54,602 bases of DNA from Spirochaetota bacterium (GCA_043803405.1 JAZDKB010000045.1:1-54602), one strand, 5' to 3'; positions 30,506-41,751 are shown, numbered from the stretch's first letter. Notes: generated from the letters alone by a model not told the origin. Made by a program: numbers and translations.

Positions 30506-31393
30506 ATGAATAAAAAAATCGACTTACATATTCATTCTAATTTTAGCGAAGATGCCGATCTTTCTATTGAGGAGTTATTTAAGCAAGCCATGGAATCCTC
30601 AGTTTCTGTCATAGCTATAACCGACCACGATTCAGTTAAATCAATTGATATTGCCAGTAATACTTCAAAACGTTATCAGATTGAATATATTCCTGGTATT
30701 GAAATAACCACAGTATTTCCTGTTGATAATTCACAACAGCATATTCTCGGATATTATATTAACAATAAAGATTCCGAACTATTGCGTTGTCTGGATAAAA
30801 TAGCGGAACTAAGGAAAAAAATAGCCCGTCAACGAATTGAAGCGTTGAGAAAATTAAATTTTTCATTAAATGAAGATAATATTTGGGCGTTAACCGGAGA
30901 TAGGCCTCCTACTGCAGTGTCAATTATGACTGAAATTTTCAGCAATAAAAACAATTTAAATGATAAACGGCTATATGATTATTTACACGGAGAAAAGAAA
31001 GACAATAAAATGGGCCAGTTCTATAAAGACTATTTTACAGAGAATGGGCAGGCTTATGTTCCGTTTGAATCAGTCTCTACCCGGGAAGGCATTGAAATAA
31101 TCAAGAAAGCCGGCGGAGTACCTATAATTGCACACCCTGTTTTCCTTAAGGAAAAACGATATCTGGATATTATCCTGGAAATGGGTATAGCCGGCATGGA
31201 GGCAATATCAACTTATCATAAACAGGAAGATGTCATCTTTTATTCAGACTATGCTGTTAAAAACAATCTTCTTATTACGGCAGGGTCGGATTACCATGGG
31301 CCAACAGCCAAACCTCACATTAAACTAGGGAAACAGGACGGGATGGATTATTCATATTATGAAAAGCTAAAAGATTTTCATAATATGAAATAA
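30506..31393 (+). CDS. PHP domain protein
   Basis: DLHIHS, ITDHD, HILGY, AHP and GSDYHG motifs. Confidence 0.92.
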   Translation: MNKKIDLHIHSNFSEDADLSIEELFKQAMESSVSVIAITDHDSVKSIDIASNTSKRYQIEYIPGIEITTVFPVDNSQQHILGYYINNKDSELLRCLDKIAELRKKIARQRIEALRKLNFSLNEDNIWALTGDRPPTAVSIMTEIFSNKNNLNDKRLYDYLHGEKKDNKMGQFYKDYFTENGQAYVPFESVSTREGIEIIKKAGGVPIIAHPVFLKEKRYLDIILEMGIAGMEAISTYHKQEDVIFYSDYAVKNNLLITAGSDYHGPTAKPHIKLGKQDGMDYSYYEKLKDFHNMK

Positions 31394-31465
31394 TTGCCTT
31401 ATTAAAGAATGCGAAGTTTCTTTACCCGACTTAATTAAATCCGGCCCGGTCTATGTTCCTGTTTT

Positions 31466-32416
31466 TTACTTTGTTCCGGAAGTTGCCGGTGCTGACTTCT
31501 CACTCTGGATAGCCTGTAATGTAACTTTTTCCAGTTTGAATGTTTCTATAATTTCACTCTCTTTCGGGAATGTTTTTAATATAAGTTTTTCTTCTTCTGA
31601 GGTGCCGTAATATGCTTCATTGCATATTTTACCTATTAATTGCTTAATGTCATCTTCTTTATTATTGTAAATAAATATTATATTCGGACCGGATTTATAT
31701 CCCCAGTTATATCCATCATCAAATGTTACATAGAATGTCTCCGTAATATTATCGCCGTCATTGTCTTCCGCATAATACATTGTATCATTTAAAGCTTTTG
31801 CAGATACCCTAGTAATAAATTTTGTAGACTCTTTAACCTCCTGAAATGCCGGAGGGGATATTGGTTTTCTCTCTAAATAAAAGCTGGATTCTATTTTATC
31901 TTTCATTAAACTTCTGAATATTTGAACATGCTTATTAATAAACGAATTTCTGACATTTCTGTAAAATTCACCATAATTTTTTTCAACATACTCTTCTGTA
32001 ACATTAAACAATTTTAAAGTTCTCCTGTCCGCTATTTTTAAAAAATCTGGTTTTGAATTGATTCTATTTACCCATAAATCTTTTGGGAGTTCTCTTCTTA
32101 TCTCCTGAATATATCCTTCCGTTTCAATTTTCTTTGCATCATCATATCCGTCACGGAATAAGTATATTTGATTATTCTTTACGATTAAAAGACTGGCAAT
32201 TGAATTATCCTCCTTGTAGGATGTCCTTCCAGGAAGCGATATATGCTGAAATGCTACCCTGTCCTCATTATAGCGGCTCAGAGATTCAATTTCTATTGGT
32301 TTATAATCAATATTTGTAGAAAATACCATTTCTGCTGCATACAGACAAATTGACATAAAAAGAAACATGCAAACAACAGCAATTACAAAATGTGATACCT
32401 TTTTCGTTATTAACAT
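31466..32416 (-). CDS. hypothetical exported protein
   Basis: 316 aa; signal peptide; GGAGG RBS. Confidence 0.8.
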   Translation of the reverse strand: MLITKKVSHFVIAVVCMFLFMSICLYAAEMVFSTNIDYKPIEIESLSRYNEDRVAFQHISLPGRTSYKEDNSIASLLIVKNNQIYLFRDGYDDAKKIETEGYIQEIRRELPKDLWVNRINSKPDFLKIADRRTLKLFNVTEEYVEKNYGEFYRNVRNSFINKHVQIFRSLMKDKIESSFYLERKPISPPAFQEVKESTKFITRVSAKALNDTMYYAEDNDGDNITETFYVTFDDGYNWGYKSGPNIIFIYNNKEDDIKQLIGKICNEAYYGTSEEEKLILKTFPKESEIIETFKLEKVTLQAIQSEKSAPATSGTK

Positions 32417-32743
32417 TCAATTGCCTCCAAGCTTTTATATTAAGGAAATTAAAAAGTGAATTTCCTATACTTCTTGTTTATATTGCGTAATTATACAATT
32501 GTTCATGAGACTTTGTCAAATATTTTTATTAGAACCTTTCTTAAAAATACATTAACACATAAATTTACAACTGTCTTAAGCGATTATAGCAATAAAAAAT
32601 AAAAGAATTTTTTAATTATTTTATTAAATAATTCTTGTAATAATTATTCATGACCTTTATACTACTGGAATTGTTTAAAAAAAGGTAAAATTAATGTTGT
32701 AGCAGTAAGATAATAAATTTTTACTTTAAAGAGGAGGCAGCTT

Positions 32744-33835
32744 ATGAATAAATACGCATACTCATTTATATGCCTGACGCTAATATTAATATTTGGATGC
32801 ACCAAAGAAACTGTAGAAGATTATTCATCAATAATCTTCTACATCGGAGACGTAAAGAAAAACAGTAAAGAAGTAGAAATCGGCGACATCATTATGCAAA
32901 ATGATATAATTAGCACAGGAGCCCAGTCCTCGTGCGATATTAAAATAGGCGGATCAATTATAAGAATAAAAGAAAAATCCAACATAAAATTGTCCGAATT
33001 ATCAAAAAAAGATGATATTGAAAAAACAACTGTTGATCTTGACGTAGGAAAATTATTATGCAAAGCGAAAAAATTGTCAAAATCTGAAAACTTTCTGGTA
33101 AAAACTCCAACAGCAGTAGCCGGAGTGCGCGGAACTAAATTTACTGTTGAAGCTGATCTGCAAAAGACTTCGCGCATAAAAGTATTTAACGGTAATGTTA
33201 CTGTTATTAAACGTGTAAAACAGCTTGAAGATAATGTCATAGAAAAAATAATGGAAACAGCTCCTAGTCTATCAAATGAAGAAAAAGTAGTAGTAACAGA
33301 GACCGATGTTAAACGAACAGAAAAGATTGTCGAAAAAGCGATAGAAAACGAACAGAAAACAAATCAAAGTATTGAAGCAGCAGTCGTAAAAGTGATGGAA
33401 TCGCACAAAGAAGATGTTGTAGTTGCTAAAAAAGAAATTCAGAAATTTAAAATAGAAGATTTTAAAGAAGAAAATAAAGAAATGATCGCCGTACAGGAAA
33501 AACCCAAAGAAGTGCTGGCCGAAATTAAAAAGATAGTAAAACTTGAAAGAAAACAGCCTATTCCTGAAGGCAGGCTGCTAATTACACGATACGAAATTTA
33601 TTTCATTAAAAACGAAAAACCTCTCTGGGAAGGAAAAGTAATAAATCCGGCCATAGAAAAGGACAAGAAACTATACATTGCTTCCGGAGACTATGTATTT
33701 TGTGCTTCTGTTGACGGCCCGGTTTTCTGGAAAAAGAACATTAAAAATGACGGAAAATTTGAAATAAAAGACGATAAATTAATTATATATTCGGATGGCA
33801 AACCCAAAGAACTGGATTTGGTTACTGGCTTATAA
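32744..33835 (+). CDS. FecR-domain lipoprotein (LipL45-like)
   Basis: Lipobox IFGC; VKTPTAVAGVRGTKF motif; GAGGAGG RBS. Confidence 0.85.
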   Translation: MNKYAYSFICLTLILIFGCTKETVEDYSSIIFYIGDVKKNSKEVEIGDIIMQNDIISTGAQSSCDIKIGGSIIRIKEKSNIKLSELSKKDDIEKTTVDLDVGKLLCKAKKLSKSENFLVKTPTAVAGVRGTKFTVEADLQKTSRIKVFNGNVTVIKRVKQLEDNVIEKIMETAPSLSNEEKVVVTETDVKRTEKIVEKAIENEQKTNQSIEAAVVKVMESHKEDVVVAKKEIQKFKIEDFKEENKEMIAVQEKPKEVLAEIKKIVKLERKQPIPEGRLLITRYEIYFIKNEKPLWEGKVINPAIEKDKKLYIASGDYVFCASVDGPVFWKKNIKNDGKFEIKDDKLIIYSDGKPKELDLVTGL

Positions 33836-33965
33836 TCCCGATAATAATTATATGCTTTATAGAGAAACATTTTTTTACAGTTATATTTAATTATAATTAT
33901 ATTAATTTAAATATTTAACAAATAGTATATTAAAAATAATTTTGTAAAACATTAAGGAGGATACC

Positions 33966-34739
33966 TTGAATAACAAATTAAAGATTTTAATGTTCACATT
34001 ACTAATTGGTATATTTATTCAGCCAACGCTTAATTCGCTGGAAAAGATCGGTGTAACAAAATCTGTCGTTGCAAAGGGACAGTATATTCCGGGAACCGTT
34101 GTAACAGCACAAAATCTAAATTTATTGCCGATACCAGTCGGAAACACTGATTATGCTTTTTATCAATCGATACAAAAGACAAGCAATATAGTTCTCGGAA
34201 AATTTAAATCCGGAGAAAGAGAAATTCTACTTCTCCAGGATAATAATAACGACGGCAAACTCGACATAGCTGCACATTGGATGATTGAACTTAATAGAAT
34301 CGACAGGGAGGGTGAGCCTGAGAAATTCTGCACAGCAGAGGATTTTAAAAAATTAAAAGAGGCTATTATAAACGGAAAAAGTGAAACAGTATCGCTTGGG
34401 GGAAAAAACTACACAATATTGCCGAACAAAGAAGGAATACCTGAGATTGAAAAACTGGTAAAAATACCTTCGAATATAAATAAATTCAAAAATGGAATGC
34501 GCATAAAAAAAGTCGATGTTGATGATTTTTCCAGCGAGTTAATGGCTTTTTCATTTACAATAAATACTGATGACGGTACAGCCGATATGGCATTTGAATT
34601 AAAATATTATATAACAGGCAAGACCAGAATGAGCCCAATAATAAATCAGGGAGTCTATTGCCTAAGAAGCGAAGATCCATTTGCAATAGAAACAGTAAAA
34701 AAATTAAGAGAAATCACAGGTAAACATCTGCCAAAATAA
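33966..34739 (+). CDS. hypothetical exported protein
   Basis: TTG start after AAGGAGG; signal peptide. Confidence 0.8.
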   Translation: MNNKLKILMFTLLIGIFIQPTLNSLEKIGVTKSVVAKGQYIPGTVVTAQNLNLLPIPVGNTDYAFYQSIQKTSNIVLGKFKSGEREILLLQDNNNDGKLDIAAHWMIELNRIDREGEPEKFCTAEDFKKLKEAIINGKSETVSLGGKNYTILPNKEGIPEIEKLVKIPSNINKFKNGMRIKKVDVDDFSSELMAFSFTINTDDGTADMAFELKYYITGKTRMSPIINQGVYCLRSEDPFAIETVKKLREITGKHLPK

Positions 34740-34757
34740 AACCGATTTTACAGAAAC

Positions 34758-34792
34758 AAAAAAGCCACCGGATAAATATCGGGGGCTTTTTT
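34758..34792. terminator. bidirectional intrinsic terminator
   Basis: AAAAAAGCCACCGGAT...ATCGGGGGCTTTTTT between convergent genes. Confidence 0.75.
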
Positions 34793-34820
34793 ATTTTCCG
34801 TTACAATATCGGATTAACTT

Positions 34821-35924
34821 TTATACGCTTTCAATAATCGAAAGTATCAACCGAGTGCCGTTTATTAAATCTTTGATTTTAATATATTCTTTGCTTGTAT
34901 GCACATCCCGCATTCCGATTGAAAGATTTACGGCTTTTATTCCCGATCTACTGATTATGTTTGTATCGCTGCCCCCGCCGGATGCTTCATGAACAGGATT
35001 TATATTAATTTTTTTAAGTGCGGTATCCACTATTTGAATTATCCGATCGTTTTCTTTTACTGAATAACCCGGATACTCCAGCTTCTTTTTTATTTGTATT
35101 TTGGCACCATGATTTTTTGCAACAGTCCTTGCGGTATTTTCTATTTTGCTTTCAATATTTTTTAACTTTTTAAGATCGATAGACCTTGCTTCCAGTTCAA
35201 TAATTGCTTCTTCTGCTACTATATTCGTTGCTTTCCCGCCGGAAATTATCCCGACATTCGCTGTTGTTTCGTGGTCAATTCTGCCGTGCGGTATCTTCGT
35301 GATTATCTCAGAAGCTGTCCTTATTGCATTGATCCCTGTCTCAGGCGCAATACCAGCATGTGCTGCTTTGCCTTTGATCTTAATATCGTAACTGGTCTGG
35401 TAAGGAGCTTTAAGTATGACTTTGCCGATATCCCCGCTGCTGTCAAAAATAAACGCATATTTAGCCCTGAGCAAAGACAAATCAAATCCTTTTATGCCAA
35501 GCAAGCCTATCTCTTCGGCGCATGAAAGCAAAAACTCGACCGGTCCGTGCTTTATGTCATTTTCCTTTATATAAGATATTGTCTCAAGAAACGCAGCAAT
35601 GGCAGCTTTATCGTCCGAACCCAGGATTGTTGTCCCATCGGAAGTAATTTTTGATTTAGTAATAACAGGATGTATGTTATCGCATGGATTGACTGTATCG
35701 GTATGCGCAGAGAATAAAACAGTGGGCTTATTTGCGTTTCCGTTTAAATGTACCAGCAAATTATGTGAATCACCGCATTTATATTTGGAGAATTCTATAT
35801 TAAGCCCGCTGAACTTGTCTGTTAAATAATTCAGAACCTTCTCTTCCTTCCAGCTGGGAGATGGAATTTTAACCAGTTCTAAAAAATAATTAACCAGTCT
35901 TTCTTTATTTATATTATAAATCAC
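34821..35924 (-). CDS. M20 family peptidase (peptidase T-like)
   Basis: AHTDTV, LGSDDKA, EEIGL, AHAG and GGGSD motifs. Confidence 0.92.
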   Translation of the reverse strand: MIYNINKERLVNYFLELVKIPSPSWKEEKVLNYLTDKFSGLNIEFSKYKCGDSHNLLVHLNGNANKPTVLFSAHTDTVNPCDNIHPVITKSKITSDGTTILGSDDKAAIAAFLETISYIKENDIKHGPVEFLLSCAEEIGLLGIKGFDLSLLRAKYAFIFDSSGDIGKVILKAPYQTSYDIKIKGKAAHAGIAPETGINAIRTASEIITKIPHGRIDHETTANVGIISGGKATNIVAEEAIIELEARSIDLKKLKNIESKIENTARTVAKNHGAKIQIKKKLEYPGYSVKENDRIIQIVDTALKKININPVHEASGGGSDTNIISRSGIKAVNLSIGMRDVHTSKEYIKIKDLINGTRLILSIIESV

Positions 35925-36856
35925 TGGACGTCCTTTCTTGTTTCATCTGTATGAGTACGAGTATCCACAAAATTGCCGCGCTTTAATTTTTGACGGAAAT
36001 TAGTTGTGCTGTCATTTATTATCTTTTCTATATAGGCGATATTTTTTTCAATCGCATCAATATATAAATTTTTATTAATATTAAATCGTTCGCTAAAATG
36101 ATTTTCCACGTATGAATATACCTTATTAAATGAGTTATTTAATCTGCCTTTAACCGATTTATACAGCTTTAGCGTGCTCTTTATAATATCGAACTCCGTT
36201 GAATAGCCCGGGACCCCTGCTTCCTTCATCTCGTTATACAGGAACAGCAGCCTTTCCAGGTATTCCCTGTCCGACATCTGCCCCAGTATATCTGCAGAAC
36301 CTACAATAATACCGGCTGTCTTTTCCTCCTCAGATGAAAAAGGAATGGTGCTTATTCTGTTTTTAATTTCCGTACATCTTATCATTTTGGCAATATCGTC
36401 TACATCTTCCTTGCTTATCGCCAGATCCCCTCTGTTTTTCATTACAAAGGCAATACTTCTCCCGATATGATTCATTGTATGTTTTGCGCCTGTCCCTTCA
36501 TTGTCCCATTTTTCCTGTATGTAACCGGTATCGTGCAGCAGGCTGGCTTTTAGCAGATTTATTGCGAGTCTTTCTGATAATTTAGTTTCTTTTAAATTAT
36601 ACCCATCCATTAGCCTTGCTGCGGCTAAAAATATATCAAGAGTGTGCATTAAATCATGATATTTTGTGTTGCATGCGTTATAATCCGAAAATTTTCCTTC
36701 AAACAGGGACTTAACTTGTTTATAACATTTCTCAATCTCTTTAAAAAACGTTTTGGGATAATGATAACAGAATATCTTTTTTACTTCGGTAAATACGGCT
36801 TTTGAATTATGTAAATCAATCAGATCTGCCAGTATTATTTTATCTTTATCTTTCAT
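35921..36856 (-). CDS. HD-domain metal-dependent phosphohydrolase
   Basis: YHDLMH, LLHDTGY and SADILGQM motifs. Confidence 0.85.
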   Translation of the reverse strand: MKDKDKIILADLIDLHNSKAVFTEVKKIFCYHYPKTFFKEIEKCYKQVKSLFEGKFSDYNACNTKYHDLMHTLDIFLAAARLMDGYNLKETKLSERLAINLLKASLLHDTGYIQEKWDNEGTGAKHTMNHIGRSIAFVMKNRGDLAISKEDVDDIAKMIRCTEIKNRISTIPFSSEEEKTAGIIVGSADILGQMSDREYLERLLFLYNEMKEAGVPGYSTEFDIIKSTLKLYKSVKGRLNNSFNKVYSYVENHFSERFNINKNLYIDAIEKNIAYIEKIINDSTTNFRQKLKRGNFVDTRTHTDETRKDVQ

Positions 36857-37022
36857 AATATATAAGTATAAATATCTTTACTGCACATAACTACAATTGC
36901 AACTCCTAAAGCAAGCAATTTTATTGAAAAAGAATATTTAATAAATAATACAAAATTATTATTTTGACTATATATTTTAAAGTACATATCAAATTATTTC
37001 AAAAATAATCTGAATTCTTAAA

Positions 37023-37748
37023 CTATATGGGATTTATAAATGCAAAATTTAAATTCCTGCCTGTATCGCCGCGCCTGTAAGAAAAATATTCTGTGTTATT
37101 GATAAATGTACAGATTTCACTCAAATGTATATGCGATTCAGGAATACCTTCATAAAGCAAAGATGCGGCTATATTGCTCCACAAATTAAGATAAATAACA
37201 TTATTTTTAATTATGATATCATTCTTAAAAAAATAACCTACATCCATATTGACAGAATATGATTCAGGTCCTATTGAAGGCAGAATATATATATGAAGAT
37301 CGCTGTTTTTGGAATTATTATCGGATTTCATTTTTTTAATTAATTTTTGCGCTATATTTAAACTGCACCCTCTCCACCCCGCGTGTACTGCCCCGAGAAC
37401 TTTTTTTTCCGCATCGAAAGCAAATACCGGTACGCAATCGGCTGTTCGTATAACCAGACAAATGCCGTTTGTTTTAGTTATCATGCCATCACCGTCCGGA
37501 AACGCCCTGCTGCCGACTGTGGAATTGAATTCAAGTATTGAATCGCCGGGAACCTGGTTGAGCATTATAATGCTTTTTTCATGAATGTTTAATAATTCGC
37601 TTAACAGTACAATTTCATTCGTGCGTATTGTATTCAGATCACTTGAATAATCAATAGTATTTGCGATTTTACCAATAGTTCCGATTGTAATATTAAATGG
37701 AGTAATAATTTCGGAGGATTTTGAACCGGTTTTATAAAGCGATGTCAT
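37023..37748 (-). CDS. pgeF: PgeF/YfiH (laccase-domain) family protein
   Basis: TADCVPV, VHAGWRG, PSIGP and FSYRR motifs; the usual QVHG motif reads QVPG. Confidence 0.85.
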   Translation of the reverse strand: MTSLYKTGSKSSEIITPFNITIGTIGKIANTIDYSSDLNTIRTNEIVLLSELLNIHEKSIIMLNQVPGDSILEFNSTVGSRAFPDGDGMITKTNGICLVIRTADCVPVFAFDAEKKVLGAVHAGWRGCSLNIAQKLIKKMKSDNNSKNSDLHIYILPSIGPESYSVNMDVGYFFKNDIIIKNNVIYLNLWSNIAASLLYEGIPESHIHLSEICTFINNTEYFSYRRGDTGRNLNFAFINPI

Positions 37749-38529
37749 ATCTTATTCTTTTGGAAAAACCCGAAACTTTTCTGTATCCTGCTTTCTTTGC
37801 TTTCTCGACTGCTTTATCGAATAAATAGCCGACCTCCTCCGGTTTATGCGAGTCGGACCCGAGTGTGATCGGAGCATTTGCGTTATAAAAAATACGAATT
37901 ACATCGTCCGAAGGATACATCTCCTGCACAGGTTTTCTGATGCCCGCAGTATTGATTTCCACAGCAAGATTCTTTTGCTTTGCTATATGCTGAGCAAGCT
38001 TTTCGAGCTGATTCGTAAAATCTCTGCGCGCGCGGTGCCCGAACTTCTTTACGATATCGAAATGCCCTATTATGTTAAAATATCCTGTATTAATTAAATC
38101 GTGCATAATTCCGTAATACTCGCTATAAATCCTGTCTATGTCTCTCTTGCTGAACTCATGGATATTATCCGGATGATCAAACGCCCAGTCTCCGAGGAAA
38201 TGACAGGAACCGATAAGATAATCCAGCCTTGCATCAGTTAAGTATTTTCTGTCAAATGAATCCATTAATGGAAAGTCGATCTCAAAGCCAACCTTGACTT
38301 CAATTTTATCTTTATATTGCTCTATTTTACTTTCGACAAGCTCTATGTATTTCTCGGTTTCTTCGGGCAGCATGGTTATGCCTTCGCGTTTGCCTTCAGG
38401 AAGAGGCGCGTGATCGGAAAATCCGATCTCTTTCAGATTTTTTTTTATCGCCTCGATTACATACTCGTCAATGGTGCCGGAGGCATGTCCGCACAATTCC
38501 GTATGAGTATGATAGTCTATCAGATTCAT
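37732..38529 (-). CDS. histidinol-phosphatase, HisJ/HisK PHP family
   Basis: DYHTHTELCGHA, SDHAP, GHFD, EINTAG and GSDSH motifs. Confidence 0.9.
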   Translation of the reverse strand: MNLIDYHTHTELCGHASGTIDEYVIEAIKKNLKEIGFSDHAPLPEGKREGITMLPEETEKYIELVESKIEQYKDKIEVKVGFEIDFPLMDSFDRKYLTDARLDYLIGSCHFLGDWAFDHPDNIHEFSKRDIDRIYSEYYGIMHDLINTGYFNIIGHFDIVKKFGHRARRDFTNQLEKLAQHIAKQKNLAVEINTAGIRKPVQEMYPSDDVIRIFYNANAPITLGSDSHKPEEVGYLFDKAVEKAKKAGYRKVSGFSKRIRYDIAL

Positions 38530-39176
38530 CAGTAACCAAGCCTTGAGTAAAGAAAAGAAATATCCGAGATTTTTCTTATGGCGTCATGACACGAATTGAC
38601 ATCTCTTTTAATCAGGAATTTCTCTATTTTATCATCACTGGAATGTGTAATGCTTGATAGTATATACCATAACGGTGGGATTCGTAAAATATAATTATCT
38701 GCAACCGCGCAATTTTCCTGCATTTCGGATCCCAGGATGCCGGAATAAATAAGATCGTTATACCCTGAAAATTTAAAATTATTAGCGTGATATAAATGCG
38801 GCTGATGTAAATATAAAACGATAATTTTTTCTTTTCGAATGTATAATGATACTAATTCAATGCCGTCAATTTCGATATATCTAGGTCGCAATATTATGGT
38901 CTGAACTTTTATTAAGTCCTGTTGAACAGGATAAAGGGACAGTAAAAAACGTATATAATCCGGGCCTTTTAATATTGTTTTATGTTCCGGATACATGTAT
39001 CGGGGATAAATTATGTCAATATTGTTTCCATGGCATTTGGATTTATCTTTTTTGTAAAGCAATGCAGTTTTATTATACAGGAGATTATTGATATCATAAT
39101 AAACATCGGTTTCAATATCCTCTATAAGAACTGTGCTGCCGGAATTATCATATTTTAAATCTGTCGTGTTAAACAT
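38529..39176 (-). CDS. hypothetical protein
   Basis: 215 aa; stop overlaps the start of the next gene. Confidence 0.7.
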   Translation of the reverse strand: MFNTTDLKYDNSGSTVLIEDIETDVYYDINNLLYNKTALLYKKDKSKCHGNNIDIIYPRYMYPEHKTILKGPDYIRFLLSLYPVQQDLIKVQTIILRPRYIEIDGIELVSLYIRKEKIIVLYLHQPHLYHANNFKFSGYNDLIYSGILGSEMQENCAVADNYILRIPPLWYILSSITHSSDDKIEKFLIKRDVNSCHDAIRKISDISFLYSRLGY

Positions 39177-39393
39177 TTTTTCAATATACTATAAATATAT
39201 GTTTTAATTCAAGAACAATTATTTTAAAATAATACAAGATACGAGCTGACACTTATACTTTGAATAAGCTAAAAGGATATCATTAAATATAAATTTAGTT
39301 GATAATATAAGTGCTGTATTTGAATATATGCTATTCCTGAATAATATCAACTTTTTACGGATTTTTCCGTAATTTTACTGAAATAAAATAAGC

Positions 39394-40698
39394 ATGAAAA
39401 AAAAAGACAAGATAGAAATCGGCCTGATAGGGATGAGTCATAAAACAGCGCCCGTTGATATCAGAGAAAAATTTTCGCTGGATGACAAAAAGCTGCCGGA
39501 ATTCCTCGAAAAAGCCAAGTCTAAAGGAATAGACGAAATCGTATGCGTTTCCACCTGCAACAGAGTTGAAATATATTTTACAACAAACGATATTGAGAGC
39601 GCATTTGAAAACCTGACATCAGCTCTCGAAGAATTTTCTTCTTTTCCAAAAAGCAAATTAAAAAATATACTCTACAAAAAACATTACAAAGAAGCGGTTA
39701 TGCATCTTCTTAATGTTGCTTCGTCCCTGGATTCAATGGTTCTGGGCGAGAATGAAATTCTGGGACAGGTAAAAGACGCGTACAGAAAATCGGCATTTAA
39801 AAAGAAAACGGGAGCCGTACTGAACAAACTGTTTCATCAGGCATTCAAGACCGCGAAACTTGTACGCGCTGAAACCGGAATAGCGAGGAGCCCGCTGTCC
39901 ATTGCATTTATTGCTGTAGAGCTTGCAAAAAACGTTTTTAAAGATCTCCCGAAAAAAAACGCTTTGCTGATTGGCGCAGGCGAGATGGGAGAGCTGATTC
40001 TAAAATATTTGATAAAATATAATCTGACCAATATTACTATTGCGAATAGATCATATCATAATGCTCAAAAGATCACTGAAGATTTAAATGCACACGCGGA
40101 AATAACTGCTCTTGATGATATTAAAGATACAATTCCTAAAGCTGATATTATAATTTCTTCTGTTTCCGCTTCAGAGTATATTCTTAATAAAGAGACGCTA
40201 ATACACGCTTTAAAACAAAGAAACTATTCTCCGATTTTTATTATTGATATAGCAGTACCCAGAAGCATTGACCCGGCTGTGAGTGAAATAGAAAATATAT
40301 TTTTGTATAATATTGACGGCCTTAAAGAGATGGCGGACAAAAATTTGCAAAACAGAATAAACGAAGTTGAGGCGGCAAAAAATTTAATCGAATCGGATGC
40401 TGAAAAATTTTTCGAATGGTATGAAAGTCTGGATATTGTTTCTGTAATCAGCAATATACAAAATCAATTCGACTCGATAAGAGAAAAGGAACTCGAAAAG
40501 TATAAACAGAAACAACTAAAACATTTATCCAAAAAAGATCTGGCTCTGGTTGAAAACCTAACAAATCAGATTATGACTAAAACGCTTCATAATCCTATTA
40601 TGCATCTCAAGGCTTTGCAGCGATGCCCAAATGCAGATAATGAAAAAATTAAACAAAGCATAAAAACCATTGAAGAATTATTCGGAAAGCATTCATGA
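39394..40698 (+). CDS. hemA: glutamyl-tRNA reductase
   Basis: HKTAPVDIRE, STCNRVE, SLDSMVLGENEILGQVK, GAGEMG and DIAVPR motifs. Confidence 0.97.
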   Translation: MKKKDKIEIGLIGMSHKTAPVDIREKFSLDDKKLPEFLEKAKSKGIDEIVCVSTCNRVEIYFTTNDIESAFENLTSALEEFSSFPKSKLKNILYKKHYKEAVMHLLNVASSLDSMVLGENEILGQVKDAYRKSAFKKKTGAVLNKLFHQAFKTAKLVRAETGIARSPLSIAFIAVELAKNVFKDLPKKNALLIGAGEMGELILKYLIKYNLTNITIANRSYHNAQKITEDLNAHAEITALDDIKDTIPKADIIISSVSASEYILNKETLIHALKQRNYSPIFIIDIAVPRSIDPAVSEIENIFLYNIDGLKEMADKNLQNRINEVEAAKNLIESDAEKFFEWYESLDIVSVISNIQNQFDSIREKELEKYKQKQLKHLSKKDLALVENLTNQIMTKTLHNPIMHLKALQRCPNADNEKIKQSIKTIEELFGKHS

Positions 40699-41747
40699 TT
40701 AAGCCCGATAAACCCCGGCTTGTTTTCTGGGAGCTGACTAAGAGTTGCAATCTCAGGTGCATTCATTGCAGGGCTGAGGCGGACAGCGGCATATTTAAAA
40801 ACGAACTTGATACTGATAATATTAAACGCATAATAGATGACATTGCGTCCTTCGCAAGCCCTATCCTTGTGCTTACAGGCGGGGAGCCTCTCTTTAGAAA
40901 AGATATCTTTACGATCGCTGATTACGCAAATAAAAAAGATCTACGTACTGCCCTTGCCACAAACGGCACTCTTATAGATAAAGAGATTGCATTAAAAATA
41001 AAGGCTGCCGGGATACAACGCGTCAGCATCTCTATTGACGGCAGGGATGCCATATCGCACGACAGCTTCCGGGGCATTGAAGGCTCATTTGCAAAAGCTA
41101 TCAGAGGAGCCTCATTCCTGAAAGAAACGAATGTCGAGTTCCAATTTAACACTACTATTACAAAAAGGAATTCCGGAGAAATCGAAGGCATTATCTTACT
41201 TGCCGAAAAAACTGGCGCGAAGGCTTTGCATATATTCATGCTTGTGCCTGTTGGATGCGGAGCTGATATTGCAGAGACCGAAATGCTTTCTAAACAGGAA
41301 TATGAAGATACGCTGACATGGCTTTATGAAAGGATGAAAAGTTCGCACCTGGAATTTAAGGCGACATGCGCCCCGCCATATTACAGGATCATCCGCCAGA
41401 AAGCAAAGGCTGAAGGCCGAGGTCTGTCGCTGCAAAGCGACGGCATGGCAGCAATGACAAGAGGCTGTCTTGCAGGCACCGGTGTCTGCTTTATATCGAA
41501 TACAGGCAACGTGCAGCCGTGCGGGTATCTTCCTGTTATTGCCGGCAATGTAAACGAAAAATCGTTTAAAGAGATTTGGGAGAATTCTGTGCTTTTTAAT
41601 GAACTGAGGGATATTGCTAACCTGAAAGGCAAGTGCGGTATTTGCAGGTACAAGCAATACTGCGCGGGGTGCAGGGCACGGGCGTACTATGCAACAGGCA
41701 GCTACATGGATGAAGAGCCGTATTGTGTTTATATACCGGGGTACTAA
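40695..41747 (+). CDS. ahbD: radical SAM heme b synthase (alternative heme pathway)
   Basis: RLVFWELT..CNLRCIHCRA, LVPVGCG, KATCAP and RGCLAG motifs; SPASM cysteines; coupled to hemA. Confidence 0.85.
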   Translation: MIKPDKPRLVFWELTKSCNLRCIHCRAEADSGIFKNELDTDNIKRIIDDIASFASPILVLTGGEPLFRKDIFTIADYANKKDLRTALATNGTLIDKEIALKIKAAGIQRVSISIDGRDAISHDSFRGIEGSFAKAIRGASFLKETNVEFQFNTTITKRNSGEIEGIILLAEKTGAKALHIFMLVPVGCGADIAETEMLSKQEYEDTLTWLYERMKSSHLEFKATCAPPYYRIIRQKAKAEGRGLSLQSDGMAAMTRGCLAGTGVCFISNTGNVQPCGYLPVIAGNVNEKSFKEIWENSVLFNELRDIANLKGKCGICRYKQYCAGCRARAYYATGSYMDEEPYCVYIPGY

Positions 41748-41751
41748 TTAC

